Assembly: GCA_963842885.1 (NCBI GenBank)
Contig: CAWJIE010000005.1
Span: 32,001 to 96,000, forward strand
Length of the DNA: 64,000 nt
DNA from: an uncultured Nitrososphaerota archaeon
GTDB taxonomy: Archaea > Thermoproteota > Nitrososphaeria > Conexivisphaerales > DTJL01
Direction of reading: 5' to 3'
The translations under genes and the position numbers were made by a program. The notes below the pieces were generated by a model. It was not told the DNA's origin. It worked only from the letters and a program-made list of their open reading frames with translations, and did not search any database. Positions 7,420-17,977 of this stretch are shown here, in pieces (the first letter of the stretch is position 1; every line of letters starts with the position of its first letter).

Positions 7420-8115
7420 TCAGTCCTTGCCGATCCTCTGCTTCAACTCGTCGACGATTTGAAAGCCGGATGAAGTGCCAAGCGTATCGGCCCCATCACC
7501 TATGAGGCGCAACGCCGTGTCCAGGTCCTTGATTTCGCCGGTGGCCTTGACCTTGACCCTGGAGCCCACGGTGGTCCTCAGAAAACGGATGCCTTCTTCC
7601 GTCGCGGCCCCCCCTGTTCCCCAGCCGCTGGAATTGGTCACAGAGGCGACTCCTGCCTCTTCGGCCAGCGACGCTGCCCTTATCCGTTCCTCGATGTCCA
7701 GCTGAGGGAGCTCCAGCGCCGCGTTCACAGGTCTCCCACGCGCAGCCTTGACGACTGCGGCCAGCTCGCCCTTGAACCTTGTGAACAGGCCTGACCTGAG
7801 GTACCCGAGATTGGGTAGATACTCGAACATGTCAGCCCCAGCCGCGATCCCACGTTCGACCTCGACCACCTTCGATTCGGTGGATGAGCCGCCCAGAGAA
7901 TACCCAACAAAGACGGACAGGAGGACATCCTCTCCTCGGATTACCTGCTTGACGTCAGTCGCCCAGCAGCCCTGGACCGCGACAGCGCGAAATCGATATT
8001 GGGCAGTCTTGGTCACGAACGCCAGGACCTCCTGCCAGCTGGCCCCCGGAGCAGAGAAGGTGCTGTGAATCATCGAGCGTAGTGCCTCCACGGAAGGCAA
8101 CTCTTCTGTCGACAT
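7420..8115 (-). CDS. Deoxyribose-phosphate aldolase (DeoC) homologue, divergent
   Basis: VGYSLG....ESKV.E, GAD, G.AT.E, VKATG.I, GTSS DeoC pattern; VKTSTG is replaced by VTNSSG. Confidence 0.8.
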   Translation of the reverse strand: MSTEELPSVEALRSMIHSTFSAPGASWQEVLAFVTKTAQYRFRAVAVQGCWATDVKQVIRGEDVLLSVFVGYSLGGSSTESKVVEVERGIAAGADMFEYLPNLGYLRSGLFTRFKGELAAVVKAARGRPVNAALELPQLDIEERIRAASLAEEAGVASVTNSSGWGTGGAATEEGIRFLRTTVGSRVKVKATGEIKDLDTALRLIGDGADTLGTSSGFQIVDELKQRIGKD

Positions 8116-8382
8116 CGATTCTCAGCGGATGGTTAGACCCTGCGCCTTTAAAGTCCATGTCCATGACCCTGTCGACTCCGGTGGGCTCGGGGACCCCTGC
8201 AGCGCGAACCGCATGACTCCCTATTCTTCAATCCCTACGGTTCCTTCGGACCCTTCTCGCGGCGTCCCCTTGGCACCTCGGACAGTGCCAGAGAGGGGCG
8301 GCGGCCGACGAAGCGCGAGGCATCCCCTATATACTCGCCAAGGCTACTATGACTGGCGGAACGCGCATCGGTTGATTGTATA

Positions 8383-9171
8383 ATGTTGAAACTACATGAC
8401 AAGCTGCAGCGCGGGATAGAGAGGGCCTTCTTCGGAGGCAGATCGACCCGGGCGAGCGCCTACGTCACCTACGCGCTAGGAAGCATCGTACTGATGTTGA
8501 TCCTCTTCTACTTCCTGCTCAATACCGTCGGCTACGATTGGACCGGACGGTTGTACGCGCCCGGGACAGGCTTCCACCTCGACGTCCTGACAGGCGGCCT
8601 GGACGATGCGATTCCGTTCGTGCCACAGATGGTCATCTTCTACGTCTACCTCTTCTACCCCATGGTCATATTGACCATGCTCTACTTCGCGTTTGTTGAA
8701 TACAGGGGAGGTTATGCCCTTGGGTGGTCTCTCGTTTCGATCAACGCCATCGCCCTAGCCGTTTACGTTGTCTTCCCCGTTTCGACGTACTGGTGGAGGC
8801 AGGAGCTGTTGGCGCAACCCATCGCCGGCAACTTCTGGGCCACCCAGGTGTACGGCATCTTCGCCAACGACACCTCCTTCAACTGCTTCCCCAGCCTTCA
8901 CGCCGCGGTCTCCACCATCTGTTTCTACACCTGGTACAGGTACGCCAAGGTGCGATCCGGAAAGGTCACTTGGACCCTGGCCCTCCTCTCCCTAGGCGTG
9001 GCGGTGGGCGTCATCCTTTCGACCCTGTTCATCAAGCAGCACTACATCGCCGACGAGGTCTCCGGGATAATATTGGCCTTGGCCGTCGGCAAGCCCCTCT
9101 TCGACAGGCTGTGGATCCCCTCCAGGGCGGCCGAATACCATTCGGAACGGCCGCCGGTGGCGACGGCCTGA
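8383..9171 (+). CDS. PAP2-superfamily membrane protein (Aur1/IPC-synthase-like)
   Basis: NCFPSLHAA and QHYIAD motifs, multiple TM helices. Confidence 0.85.
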   Translation: MLKLHDKLQRGIERAFFGGRSTRASAYVTYALGSIVLMLILFYFLLNTVGYDWTGRLYAPGTGFHLDVLTGGLDDAIPFVPQMVIFYVYLFYPMVILTMLYFAFVEYRGGYALGWSLVSINAIALAVYVVFPVSTYWWRQELLAQPIAGNFWATQVYGIFANDTSFNCFPSLHAAVSTICFYTWYRYAKVRSGKVTWTLALLSLGVAVGVILSTLFIKQHYIADEVSGIILALAVGKPLFDRLWIPSRAAEYHSERPPVATA

Positions 9172-9200
9172 GATCGAGACCGTCGGAGTTGGTGATTCGC

Positions 9201-10202
9201 TTGCATGATGTCGTCGGGCGGCTCCTGCTCTCCCGAGACCCTTCGATCAGGCTGAGGACGAGGGTCGAAGTGCTGGGAGAGGACCTAAGCGGGCATGAAA
9301 GGGAGAGGCTCGACCAAGAGATTGTGTCGTCGGTCAGGGTCCGCTCTCTGCTCTCTGAACGGGAAGCAGACGGCCGGATTCAATCTCATCCCTACGCCAA
9401 ATGGTTCGGAGCCCACTGGGTCTTGGCCTCCCTGGCCGACCTAGGGTATCCTCCCGGGGACCGGTCTCTGGGTCCGCTGATGGAGCAGGTTTACGAATGG
9501 CTCTTCTCCGAGGCGCACTTGAAGCTGCAACCCCATCGCCACGCCTACGCCGCTCCCATCAGGCTGGTCTCGGGAAGGCCGAGGATTCACGCTTCCATGG
9601 AGGGGAACGCCGTCTACTATTCCCTGAAGCTCGGCATCGGCGACAAAAGGACCGACCTCCTAGCAAAGAGACTCGTTGACCTCCAGTGGCCCGACGGTGG
9701 CTGGAACTGCGACCGGAGACCGGGGGCCACGAACTCCTCCTTCCATGAAAGCCTTCTCCCTCTGAGGGGTCTTGCCCTCCATGCACGCACGAAGGGGAAC
9801 GCCGAGTCACTTCATGCAAGCGCGCGGGCGGCGGAGATCTTCCTGAAGAGGAGGCTTCTCTGGAGCTATCGCAGGCCCGAAGAGCTGATCTCTGTGCGGT
9901 TCCAAGAAACGGCCTATCCCTACTACTGGCATTATGGAGTCCTGCCCGGCTTGAAGGTCTTGGCCGAGGCAGGTTTCATCGGTGACAGGCGCTGCGACGA
10001 CGCGATCAGCCTCCTCATGGGCAAGCGCCTGCCTGATGGCGGTTTCCCTTGCGAAAGGACATACTACCGTAGGGGCCGGAGAGCCACCTCCGGTCGTTCT
10101 CTGTGCGACTGGGGTGTAGCGGGCCACACAAGGATGAACGAATTCGTCACGGTGGATGCACTCTGCGTCCTCAAATCCAAGGGCCTCTCCCTCCAGGGTT
10201 GA
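9201..10202 (+). CDS. Prenyltransferase/squalene-cyclase-repeat (alpha/alpha barrel) hypothetical protein
   Basis: QWPDGGWNC and RLPDGGFPC QW-like repeats; YPYYWHY; GGTGAT SD before TTG. Confidence 0.7.
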   Translation: MHDVVGRLLLSRDPSIRLRTRVEVLGEDLSGHERERLDQEIVSSVRVRSLLSEREADGRIQSHPYAKWFGAHWVLASLADLGYPPGDRSLGPLMEQVYEWLFSEAHLKLQPHRHAYAAPIRLVSGRPRIHASMEGNAVYYSLKLGIGDKRTDLLAKRLVDLQWPDGGWNCDRRPGATNSSFHESLLPLRGLALHARTKGNAESLHASARAAEIFLKRRLLWSYRRPEELISVRFQETAYPYYWHYGVLPGLKVLAEAGFIGDRRCDDAISLLMGKRLPDGGFPCERTYYRRGRRATSGRSLCDWGVAGHTRMNEFVTVDALCVLKSKGLSLQG

Positions 10203-10253
10203 ACAAGAGGACCATCGCGTGCGCCGCTGGGCGTGACAATGACGAACGAAAGA

Positions 10254-10691
10254 CTAGGAGCCCTGTAGAGCCATATGCTGACTGATCTTCGCCATGAGCG
10301 TCTCCCTAGGGAGGGCACCGACTATCCTGTCAATCACAGTGCCGTCCCTAGATATCAGGATCGTGGGGATTCCCTGTATGCCGAAGCGATCGGAAGTCCT
10401 CGGGTTCTCGTCGACGTTCATCTTGCCTAGGACGAGCTTACCGGCGTTCTCCTTGGCTATCTCTTCAAGGATGGGCGAAACCCATTGGCACGGGCCGCAC
10501 CACGGTGCCCAGAAATCGACCAGCATCAGTTTCTGGCTACCCAGGACCTCATCGAAGTTGGCGTCCGTGAGCTCCACGACGTTGTTCTCCCCGGCCGCGC
10601 CACCCCTAGCCTCTGCGGCCTTCTCCTTGTCCCACTGCCTCCTCCTCTTCTCAAGGAGGGTCGCGATGTCGTCTTCAGCTTCCAAGCCCAT
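10254..10691 (-). CDS. trxA: Thioredoxin
   Basis: VDFWAPWCGPC, GIPT. Confidence 0.93.
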   Translation of the reverse strand: MGLEAEDDIATLLEKRRRQWDKEKAAEARGGAAGENNVVELTDANFDEVLGSQKLMLVDFWAPWCGPCQWVSPILEEIAKENAGKLVLGKMNVDENPRTSDRFGIQGIPTILISRDGTVIDRIVGALPRETLMAKISQHMALQGS

Positions 10692-10830
10692 GCTCACTCC
10701 GTCACGCGTCCCTGTGAATGAGTCTCTAGTCTTAAAAAGTTGCCCGCCTTCCCGGCTCTGCACGCTCGATTGACGGCCTCTCCATGGCAACCTTTAATCG
10801 GATGTGCCTTGGTGGCAGGCCAGAGAGAGG

Positions 10831-11511
10831 ATGGCGCTCATTTCGAAAGGCCTTTCCCTGCTTCTGGAATGGGGTGCCAGGGCGGTCGCACTCATGGCCT
10901 TGGCCTATTCACTGTTTCTGATCGCCAGCCAGGAATTCTGGATCACCCCATTGGGAGGCACAAGCCCATTCTCCCTCGGTTCTGCCAGCCTCCTATACCT
11001 TCTGTCCCAGTACCAGTTCGCCCGAGATGGGCGAGGCAGGGCTGGCTCGGTCATCCTCGGCGTCCTTTTCGCCAACGCCTTCCTTCAGACGTACGAAATC
11101 ATCTATCATTTCACCTTCCCGGTGTACAGCCTCCGGTATCCCTTCCTGCAGGGGATGGACGTCAAATTCCTGATTGTGGAGCTCACCATGGTGCTGCCCC
11201 TGCTCCTCATGCGCAAGGACCTGTCGGTGAAGAAGGTCAGCGCCTACACCCTGGGTCTCTTCCTCCTGAGCATGCTCGTCTGGGTTCTCTTTGGCTTCCC
11301 CCAGTACTTTTCGAGTGTCTACTACTTTCAGCCTGTCTTGCATACGGGCGACCCGTACCACGTGGCACTCGCTCTCAATTACGGCTCCAAGGTGATCCTG
11401 GCAGCCTTCTTCCTGACCCTGCTCAAGATTCGCAGGCCGGGAAGGGCAGCCCTCTGGGGGAGGAAGGTTAAGGCAGCTCGGCCGGGGGGCGCTCCGGGCT
11501 CCGCTCAGTAA
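10831..11511 (+). CDS. Hypothetical multi-TM membrane protein
   Basis: About 6 hydrophobic segments; start uncertain. Confidence 0.65.
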   Translation: MALISKGLSLLLEWGARAVALMALAYSLFLIASQEFWITPLGGTSPFSLGSASLLYLLSQYQFARDGRGRAGSVILGVLFANAFLQTYEIIYHFTFPVYSLRYPFLQGMDVKFLIVELTMVLPLLLMRKDLSVKKVSAYTLGLFLLSMLVWVLFGFPQYFSSVYYFQPVLHTGDPYHVALALNYGSKVILAAFFLTLLKIRRPGRAALWGRKVKAARPGGAPGSAQ

Positions 11512-11560
11512 CTACTGTAGAGTTTAAAGCTCTCGGAGAGGACCATTGGGCGGATAGGAC

Positions 11561-12013
11561 TTGGTCGTTCAAGTGAAGGAGATCATGGTAACCAAGATAA
11601 CTTCTCTGGCCATTGAACGCAACGTCAGAGAGGCCGCAGAGCTGATGACTAGGGCCGATGTGGGCAGCATTCTGGTTTACGCCGAGGGAAACCCCGTCGG
11701 AATCGTCACCGAGAGGGACATCGTAAGGAAGATCGTCGCCGAAGGGGTCGACGCCTCCAAGGTACTCGTAACGGATGTGATGACCACCCCTCTCATCACC
11801 ATCCCGTCCACCTCCTCCATAGAGGAGGCCTCTGAGCATATGACCACCTACAGGATTCGATACCTTCCTGTAGTCGACGAAGGCGAAGTAGTCGGAATGG
11901 TGGCGGCTAGGGAAATCGCCTTCGCTCTTGCCAAGGAACACAACTTCGAAGACGTAAGGCTCAACGCCATCGCCGGAGTCAGGTCAGGGCAGCTCCCATC
12001 TCCCTACGATTGA
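11561..12013 (+). CDS. CBS-domain pair protein
   Basis: VGIVTERDI, DVMTTPL, IRYLPVVD. Confidence 0.92.
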   Translation: MVVQVKEIMVTKITSLAIERNVREAAELMTRADVGSILVYAEGNPVGIVTERDIVRKIVAEGVDASKVLVTDVMTTPLITIPSTSSIEEASEHMTTYRIRYLPVVDEGEVVGMVAAREIAFALAKEHNFEDVRLNAIAGVRSGQLPSPYD

Positions 12014-12074
12014 ACCGGCACACCTTCGGAAGTAGGCTGACCCTGTGTGTCTCACTCTAGGGTTAAATTGGAGG

Positions 12075-12200
12075 CGCCGCCGGCAGGACTCGAACCTGCG
12101 ACCAGCTGGTCTCTGCGTGGATTAACAGCTTCAGCCTTCTTGGAAGTCAGCTGCTCTACCACGCTGAGCTTTCGTCGACCGCAACGGGGCCAACGGCGGC
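12075..12200 (-). tRNA. tRNA-Asn(GTT) with three introns (8/9: 12171-12192; 30/31: 12130-12147; 37/38: 12111-12122)
   Basis: Splicing gives GCCGCCGTAGCTCAGCGTGGTAGAGCAGCTGGCTGTTAACCAGCTGGTCGCAGGTTCGAGTCCTGCCGGCGGCG, a canonical Asn cloverleaf with G73; each insert is bounded by a BHB/BHL motif. Confidence 0.92.
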
Positions 12201-12554
12201 TCGACGGCAGCGCTCGGAAGGGCTGAAGGGAGGTTTCGTTATAAGCGTTATGGGGACAAGTCTGTCACTGTAGGCACCGCCTTAACTGGAGGTGGAACAC
12301 GACATGGTCGGCGGGCCTTCGAAGACAGAGCCCTTGTGAATAGGACGGAAGCTCTGACGAGGACCGCCGTGACAAAGCACTGCTCCCAGAATCGCTTCAG
12401 CTAGTTTCTGGCCTTCTGCAACTGGACGCGTTCTCGTGTGCTCGCGCAGGGACCGTGGACGGCCGACGACAGGGAGAAGGAATCCTCCTCCCACCGGCGC
12501 GTCCTCTGTGAAGAAACAGGTGCAGGCAGGAATTGAAAGGGGGGAGGCCCAGAT

Positions 12555-13548
12555 CTAGCTTCCGGCGCTCATTGTCGCCCCGAGCTCCCGCCGCCTCTGC
12601 CTGCAGAGGAGGATAGGCCGGTCCGCCTTGTTCAGGAACTCGCCCATATCGAGGGAGGACCTCTTGGGGAGCTGGCTCTCGACGACGGGTTTGTCCTGGT
12701 TGGCGACGATCCTGTTGAACAGCTTCCCTATCATGTCGAAGGCCTGACGGAGGAGGGGAACCCTGACCATCCTCTGGTACTGCCGAATGTACATCATGGT
12801 GTTGCCTTCGTCCACAGGCGCGAACGCGGCAAACACCCTTAGTCCGTCCGAAATCCAGTTCTCCCAGATGTTGGGGAAGATGAATTGGAGATGGGTCTTC
12901 GAGGTTTCGATCCTCGCCTCCTCGGGCATCAGCGGCCTCTGCCCGTTGTCCTTTTGGTTGTCGGGCCAGATAACGAGCGAATCCCCCTCCAGTGTGCAGG
13001 CCGGGCCATTCACGAGGGTCCTTCCTCCGCGCCCTATGGTCGAAGCATGCACGAAGGGAACATGGGCTACGTCCAGCTGGTTCTCTATGGCGCGGGAGTA
13101 GTGAGTGGCCCAGGGGGACCTAAGGGTGGAGCTGGAGAAGGATTCGTCGATGTCATCGAAAAAGGGGATGTGCGGATAGGCGTCGCGGGGCTCGCCCCAC
13201 CATAGCCAGATGAAGCCGTGTTCGTCTCTAACGGGGAATGAGGGGGCAGAATAGCGGTCGGGGATTGGCGATGCCTTGCCGTTTGCCGGTATGAGCTTGC
13301 ATGCCCCCGAGCCTCCGAACTCTCAGCCCGTGGAACGGGCACTGGATGTTGCCTCCTAGGACCTTCCCGGTGCTAAGGGACGCCCCACGGTGGACGCAGG
13401 TGTCGGCCACGCACTGGACGGCACCCTTCTGGTCGCGCCAGAACGCTAGCTTCTTCCCCATTCGTGTGGCGCCCAAGGGCCTCCCTTGCCTGACTTCCTC
13501 GGATTCAAGTATGGCGTACCAGCGGTCGGGAATCAAATCTTGCTTCAT
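12555..13548 (-). CDS. Rieske non-heme iron oxygenase (VanA-like), at least 2 frameshifts
   Basis: CVHRG...CPFHG Rieske motif; ENQLDVAHVPFVH catalytic motif in second frame; QD..VVESQ. Confidence 0.8.
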
Positions 13549-13614
13549 GCGTGGGGCTCCCCTAGTTAAACCCTGCTTGGCCCTGAAGTGCTTGTAAGCG
13601 TCGCTAGGACGAGC

Positions 13615-14590
13615 CTACTTCAGGTAAGCCTTCTCGAAGTCGGCCATGGCCTTCTTGACCTTGACGGCCCTCGGGGGGTTCTTGAACCCGAAGGCAGATA
13701 TGACCTCCTCGACGCCTCCCCTGCCCTTCGCCGCGAACGCCGCCCTGGCGGAGTCTAGGAGGATGTTGACCGCGTTGACGGGGTCGCTGCTCTTGAAGAA
13801 CACGTCCATAACGTACGGCTCGTCCAGCGGCCCCTTCCCCACTATCCACAGATACACCGTCCTCTTAGAGCCCATGAACTCCACGAAGTCCGTCGTCCCC
13901 GCCACCGTGTCCACCTTGTACGGCAGCTCCTCCGCGATGGACCTGCTCTTGATCCCCCTCTTGAACGCCCTTATTTCGTCTTGGAGAGTGTTCAGCGTGT
14001 CGGGCGAGCCGCCAACGTCCAGCTGGTAGCTCTTGACGACCCTTATCCCCCTCTGGTTGAGGAAGTCAAGTATGCCCTTGTGGAGCATGGTCCCGCCCAT
14101 CTGGCTCAGCAGGTCGTCGCCCACCAGGGGTGCCTTCGTCTTCTCGAATACCCGTCACGATGGACCGGTCGTTGGCCACGAGCGCCGGCGTCGCGTTCAC
14201 GAATGCGATCCCCATCCTCCCGCAGATCTCGGCGTACTTCTTCGACGACTTGTCCTGCCCCGAGCTGACGAGGTTGAGCGCCACGTCTATCTTCCCCTTC
14301 CTCAGCTCCGATGCCAGCGAGGATTCCCCCTGCTTCTCGAAGGACCCCTGCGACAGGCGCCTCGGCGGCTCGTCCAGGAGGAGCCCGGGCCTGACCTTCA
14401 CGCCAACCAGGGGGCTGCCCACCTTGTCGCCGTCGACGTCGTAGATGAGCCGGACCGAGAGCTCCTTCACGACGTGGCCGCCGACCTTCTCGTGCCACAG
14501 GCCCGACTTCTGGCCGGCACCGTACCTCTTCACCGATTCAACGAAAGCTCTTGCGCTGTTGCCCGCACCGAACAGGGCCACTCTGATCAA
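13615..14590 (-). CDS. myo-inositol-1-phosphate synthase family protein, frameshift near 14150
   Basis: GAGNSA Rossmann motif, FVNATP, GDDLLSQMGGT..H, YQLDVGG..D. Confidence 0.8.
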
Positions 14591-14596
14591 CTGGGC

Positions 14597-14788
14597 TCAC
14601 TCTTCGTACTTCGAAATCAGGGTCAAGAAGCCGGCCCCGCCCATGACGGCCCCCACTATGGCATAAGAGGCCTGTAGCGGCGGGTAGAGGGGCGGCGACG
14701 TGGTCAGCGCGTAGAACGCCACCAGGAAGCCCATGACCAGAGCTGCGGCGCCTAGAAGCCGCAGTATGACGGCGGCCCTGTCTGTCAT
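14597..14788 (-). CDS. Small two-TM membrane protein
   Basis: Hydrophobic 63-aa ORF co-oriented upstream of the INO1-like gene. Confidence 0.6.
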   Translation of the reverse strand: MTDRAAVILRLLGAAALVMGFLVAFYALTTSPPLYPPLQASYAIVGAVMGGAGFLTLISKYEE

Positions 14789-14832
14789 TCCATCTAAAGC
14801 CCCCTAGCCCGTGAATTTAAACCCTTTTGCTT

Positions 14833-15924
14833 TCAGTGGCTCTTGGCCCACTCCAGCTTGTCGGGGAGGTACTTGTCCACGATGTAGGTGAGCCCGTACC
14901 TGGCGAACGCCTCCAGCTCGGCCTTCTTCCTGTACTTCAGGAAGCAGTCTATCTCGTCACGCCACAGCTTCTCCTCGTACCTGGGATCCTTCTGCAGCTC
15001 GTAGAGGCGCTTGATGTCCAGCTCGTTGAGCTTGTCGTGCGGCAGCTTGTACCTGTTGACGTCCGTCGCCCACACGCCGATCCACTTGGCGTCGGGCGTG
15101 GTCAGCTCCCTCAGGTGCGCGGCGTTCGCGGACCCGCTTATAATGACCATGGCGATGTGAGTGCCCCAGGGATCCGCGTCCGCAAGGACGTACACGGGGA
15201 GGTGGAGCTCCTGGTTGAGCCTCCTGATGATGTACCTGGTGCTCCTGGGCGGCTGCCCCGCCGTGTTGATGAGTATGGCCTTGTGCTTCCTGTGGACGTT
15301 CTCTTCGATGAACCTGGTGAAGAGGCCGCCCTTCTCGATGGCTATCACCATCTCCGCGTCGGTGTCGGCGAACTCGGCCGTCGTCAGGGCCGGCCCGATC
15401 ATGACCCCGTCGGGATGCGACGTCAGGTCCAGCCTCCTCCCCTCGTAGCCCGGAATGGTGTACTCCACGGTAAGGTTGCCGAAGATGGAGCTCCTCTCCT
15501 CCGGGTAGATGTTGAAGTCCTCCCTGGCCTTCATGAGTGCCGTCTCCAGGTCCGTTATGGTCTCGTCGGACTCGTCCTGGTCGGCGAACTCCGTGTTGTA
15601 CGCCTGGGCTGAATAGTACACGTCCCTGAGCGTCGAGGTCTTCTTCTCCCTGACCAACTGCTGCGAGAAGAACGCCAGCCAGAGGAGCTGGGTGTACGGC
15701 CGGATGTGCTTGACGTTGTGGGACGAGCGCTTCACCGACGACGCCCCCAGGATGAACTGCCTGAGCGCCTCGTCGTAGACTATGTTCTTGACGGACCGGC
15801 TGGGAAGCGTGATCTCGGGGAACCTCCCTCCCTCTATGGCCTCGTAGGCCTCCCTGCCCAGCTCCCTGAGCTGCCTGAAGACCTCCTCCTTCCTCTGCTC
15901 GGAGACCTTCCGCGCCTCCCTCAT
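14833..15924 (-). CDS. top6A: DNA topoisomerase VI subunit A
   Basis: TLRDVYY catalytic Tyr, AIEKGG, DADPWG, KAELEA. Confidence 0.97.
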   Translation of the reverse strand: MREARKVSEQRKEEVFRQLRELGREAYEAIEGGRFPEITLPSRSVKNIVYDEALRQFILGASSVKRSSHNVKHIRPYTQLLWLAFFSQQLVREKKTSTLRDVYYSAQAYNTEFADQDESDETITDLETALMKAREDFNIYPEERSSIFGNLTVEYTIPGYEGRRLDLTSHPDGVMIGPALTTAEFADTDAEMVIAIEKGGLFTRFIEENVHRKHKAILINTAGQPPRSTRYIIRRLNQELHLPVYVLADADPWGTHIAMVIISGSANAAHLRELTTPDAKWIGVWATDVNRYKLPHDKLNELDIKRLYELQKDPRYEEKLWRDEIDCFLKYRKKAELEAFARYGLTYIVDKYLPDKLEWAKSH

Positions 15925-17457
15925 TCCTCTCCCTCCTCACCCGCCGCCTCCTGACCCAGGAGCTTCGAATAGCTGGGCGGCCTCTTCTTGCCGTAGAGCG
16001 AGGCGCTGAACCTGGCTATCATGGGGATGTACTTGGCGTAGATGTTCATCCTCTTCACCTGTCTCTCCATCGTCCCCTTCCTGCTGAGGTAGAGCTGAAG
16101 CCTCCTGAGGACCTCCCTTATCCCATTCCTCAGCTCCCTCTCCACTTCGGGCCTGTCGGCGATGTACTCCTTCCCCACCGTCTTGTAGGGGATCCTCGTC
16201 GAGCACAGATGCGTGATGATCACCAGCGAAGAATCCGCGGGGACCCTGTACCTCTTGAGGTCTATCTCCTCGTTGATTACCTTCCACGAAACGTCGCTCC
16301 CCTCGTCGTAGAGAAGCGGTATCCTGTTGGCGAAGCGCAGCAGCCTGAGCCCCGCCGGGAGGGCCCTGCTCCCGTAGGCCAGGCCCACCTCGACGATGAA
16401 GGGGTACCCCGAATACGCGGCCGGGTCCCGCACGGCCACCGCCGAGAACTCCGGCGAGAGCTCCTTCACTATGCCCGCCGTGAATATCTTCTCCCCCATG
16501 GGCGACAGGCACCTAGCGTCGGGCGGCAGGAACTTCTCGTAGGCGTGCAGGGCCTCCGTGAACTTGACCAGCTCCTCGTTGGTGAGCGTCCTCGGGTCGG
16601 CCGCCGGGTCGAACCCCGCCCAGGAGAGGAAGTCCTTCGCGATCTTGTCGCCGACCCTGTGGAAGTTCCTGACCATGAACCTGGCCATGGTCCCGCCCTT
16701 CCATCCCCTGATGAGCCTCTTCACGGCCTCCACGTCCAGGCCGTGGGGGTGCGGAAGGGTCTCCTTGGGGGGATCTGGCATCTCGCTCGTCCCCCTCTCG
16801 AACGCCATCAGCTTCCCTGTGGGATCGACGAAGGTGAGGTCGGCGTAGGGGGTCACCAGGGCGCTCTCCCTGAAGTAATCTTGGATCTTGTTTGCCGACC
16901 TGAAGTAGTCCCCCTCCAGCTCGATCCTGACCTGCGTCCCCCTCCAGCCTTTGGCGTCGACGACTTCATGCTTCAGGATGACGGGGTTGTTCCTCTCGAT
17001 GTCGATGGTTATCAGGAAGTCGTGAGCCTTGACGCCGTCGGTGGAACTGGCGACTTCGAGGGGCTTGTTGGTGGTGATTTGACCGTAGAGGACGGCCATG
17101 GTCCCGCCCATGCCGAACATGCCCCTGGACTGCCTCAGCTTGTACTTCGAGCCGTAGAAGATGCGGCCGAACGCCCGGGGTACGTGCTCGGCTTCCACCC
17201 CCGAGCCGTTGTCCCTTATGAGGAGCACGTATCGCTTGGGGTCGGGCTTGTCCTCCTCGCCAGGTGCGCAGGAGATGCGGACGTAAATCTCAGGCTGAAT
17301 GCTGAACAGCTCACACGAGTCCAGCGAGTTCTCCAGGAGCTCTCTCACGGCGCTGTAGAGGGCCCTCGACGGGTTGCTGAATCCTGCCAAATCCCGGTTT
17401 CTATAGAAAGAAGTCAGAAGGGCTAACTTCGCTGAAAGAAACGTTGCTCTGCGGCAT
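15921..17457 (-). CDS. top6B: DNA topoisomerase VI subunit B; start MPQSNVSFSEVSPSDFF with frameshift near 17408
   Basis: RELLENSLD, DNGSG, QSRGMFGMG GHKL motifs; RFANRIPL; conserved S..DFFYRN is split by an extra base. Confidence 0.97.
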
Positions 17458-17977
17458 CCTCGCTCACCCGCCACAAACCTGTCGATAGATGCTCATAAGA
17501 CTTTCAGCCGTCGACTCTCGTGTCTTGCAGTCGGCGAAGACACCCGCGGAGCGCCTTCCCCAAAGGCTATGTTCTTATTAGGAAACGCACAGAAGCACCC
17601 GCGAAATGATGCTCTAGTCTTTGCCATAACATATCCTTTATCCTGCCTTTTTCACGATGACGTGCGGGCCTGGTGTGAACCCCACCCCTTTGATGAATCG
17701 CGTCACATCTTCCCCCTTATGATTTGAGCGCCGATTCTGCTGACGCTGGAGCTGATGCCGATGGTACGAAAGGTCATCGTCCGCTGTGCGCCAAGGGAGT
17801 ATCTGACGACCCACGCGGCATCCCTTTGTCGGCTCTTGCGTGATGGAGAGCCCGTCACTTGAATGCGCCTCTTTCCACCGTATCCTAATCAGATGTGAAC
17901 CACGCGGTGGAACAAGATGCTGGGCCCTCCATCGGGTATGTTGTCAGGGTCTCCCAAAAGCGACCCTAGCGCCCTGC

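Noticed and set aside
8724-9200. N-terminal 159 aa of the 492-aa ORF
   Set aside because: Overlaps the PAP2 gene in another frame; the real start is probably near 9201
17480-17970. 500-bp gap between top6B and Dim2 as a gene or sRNA
   Set aside because: No credible ORF; TGATGA at 17691 lacks properly spaced D boxes
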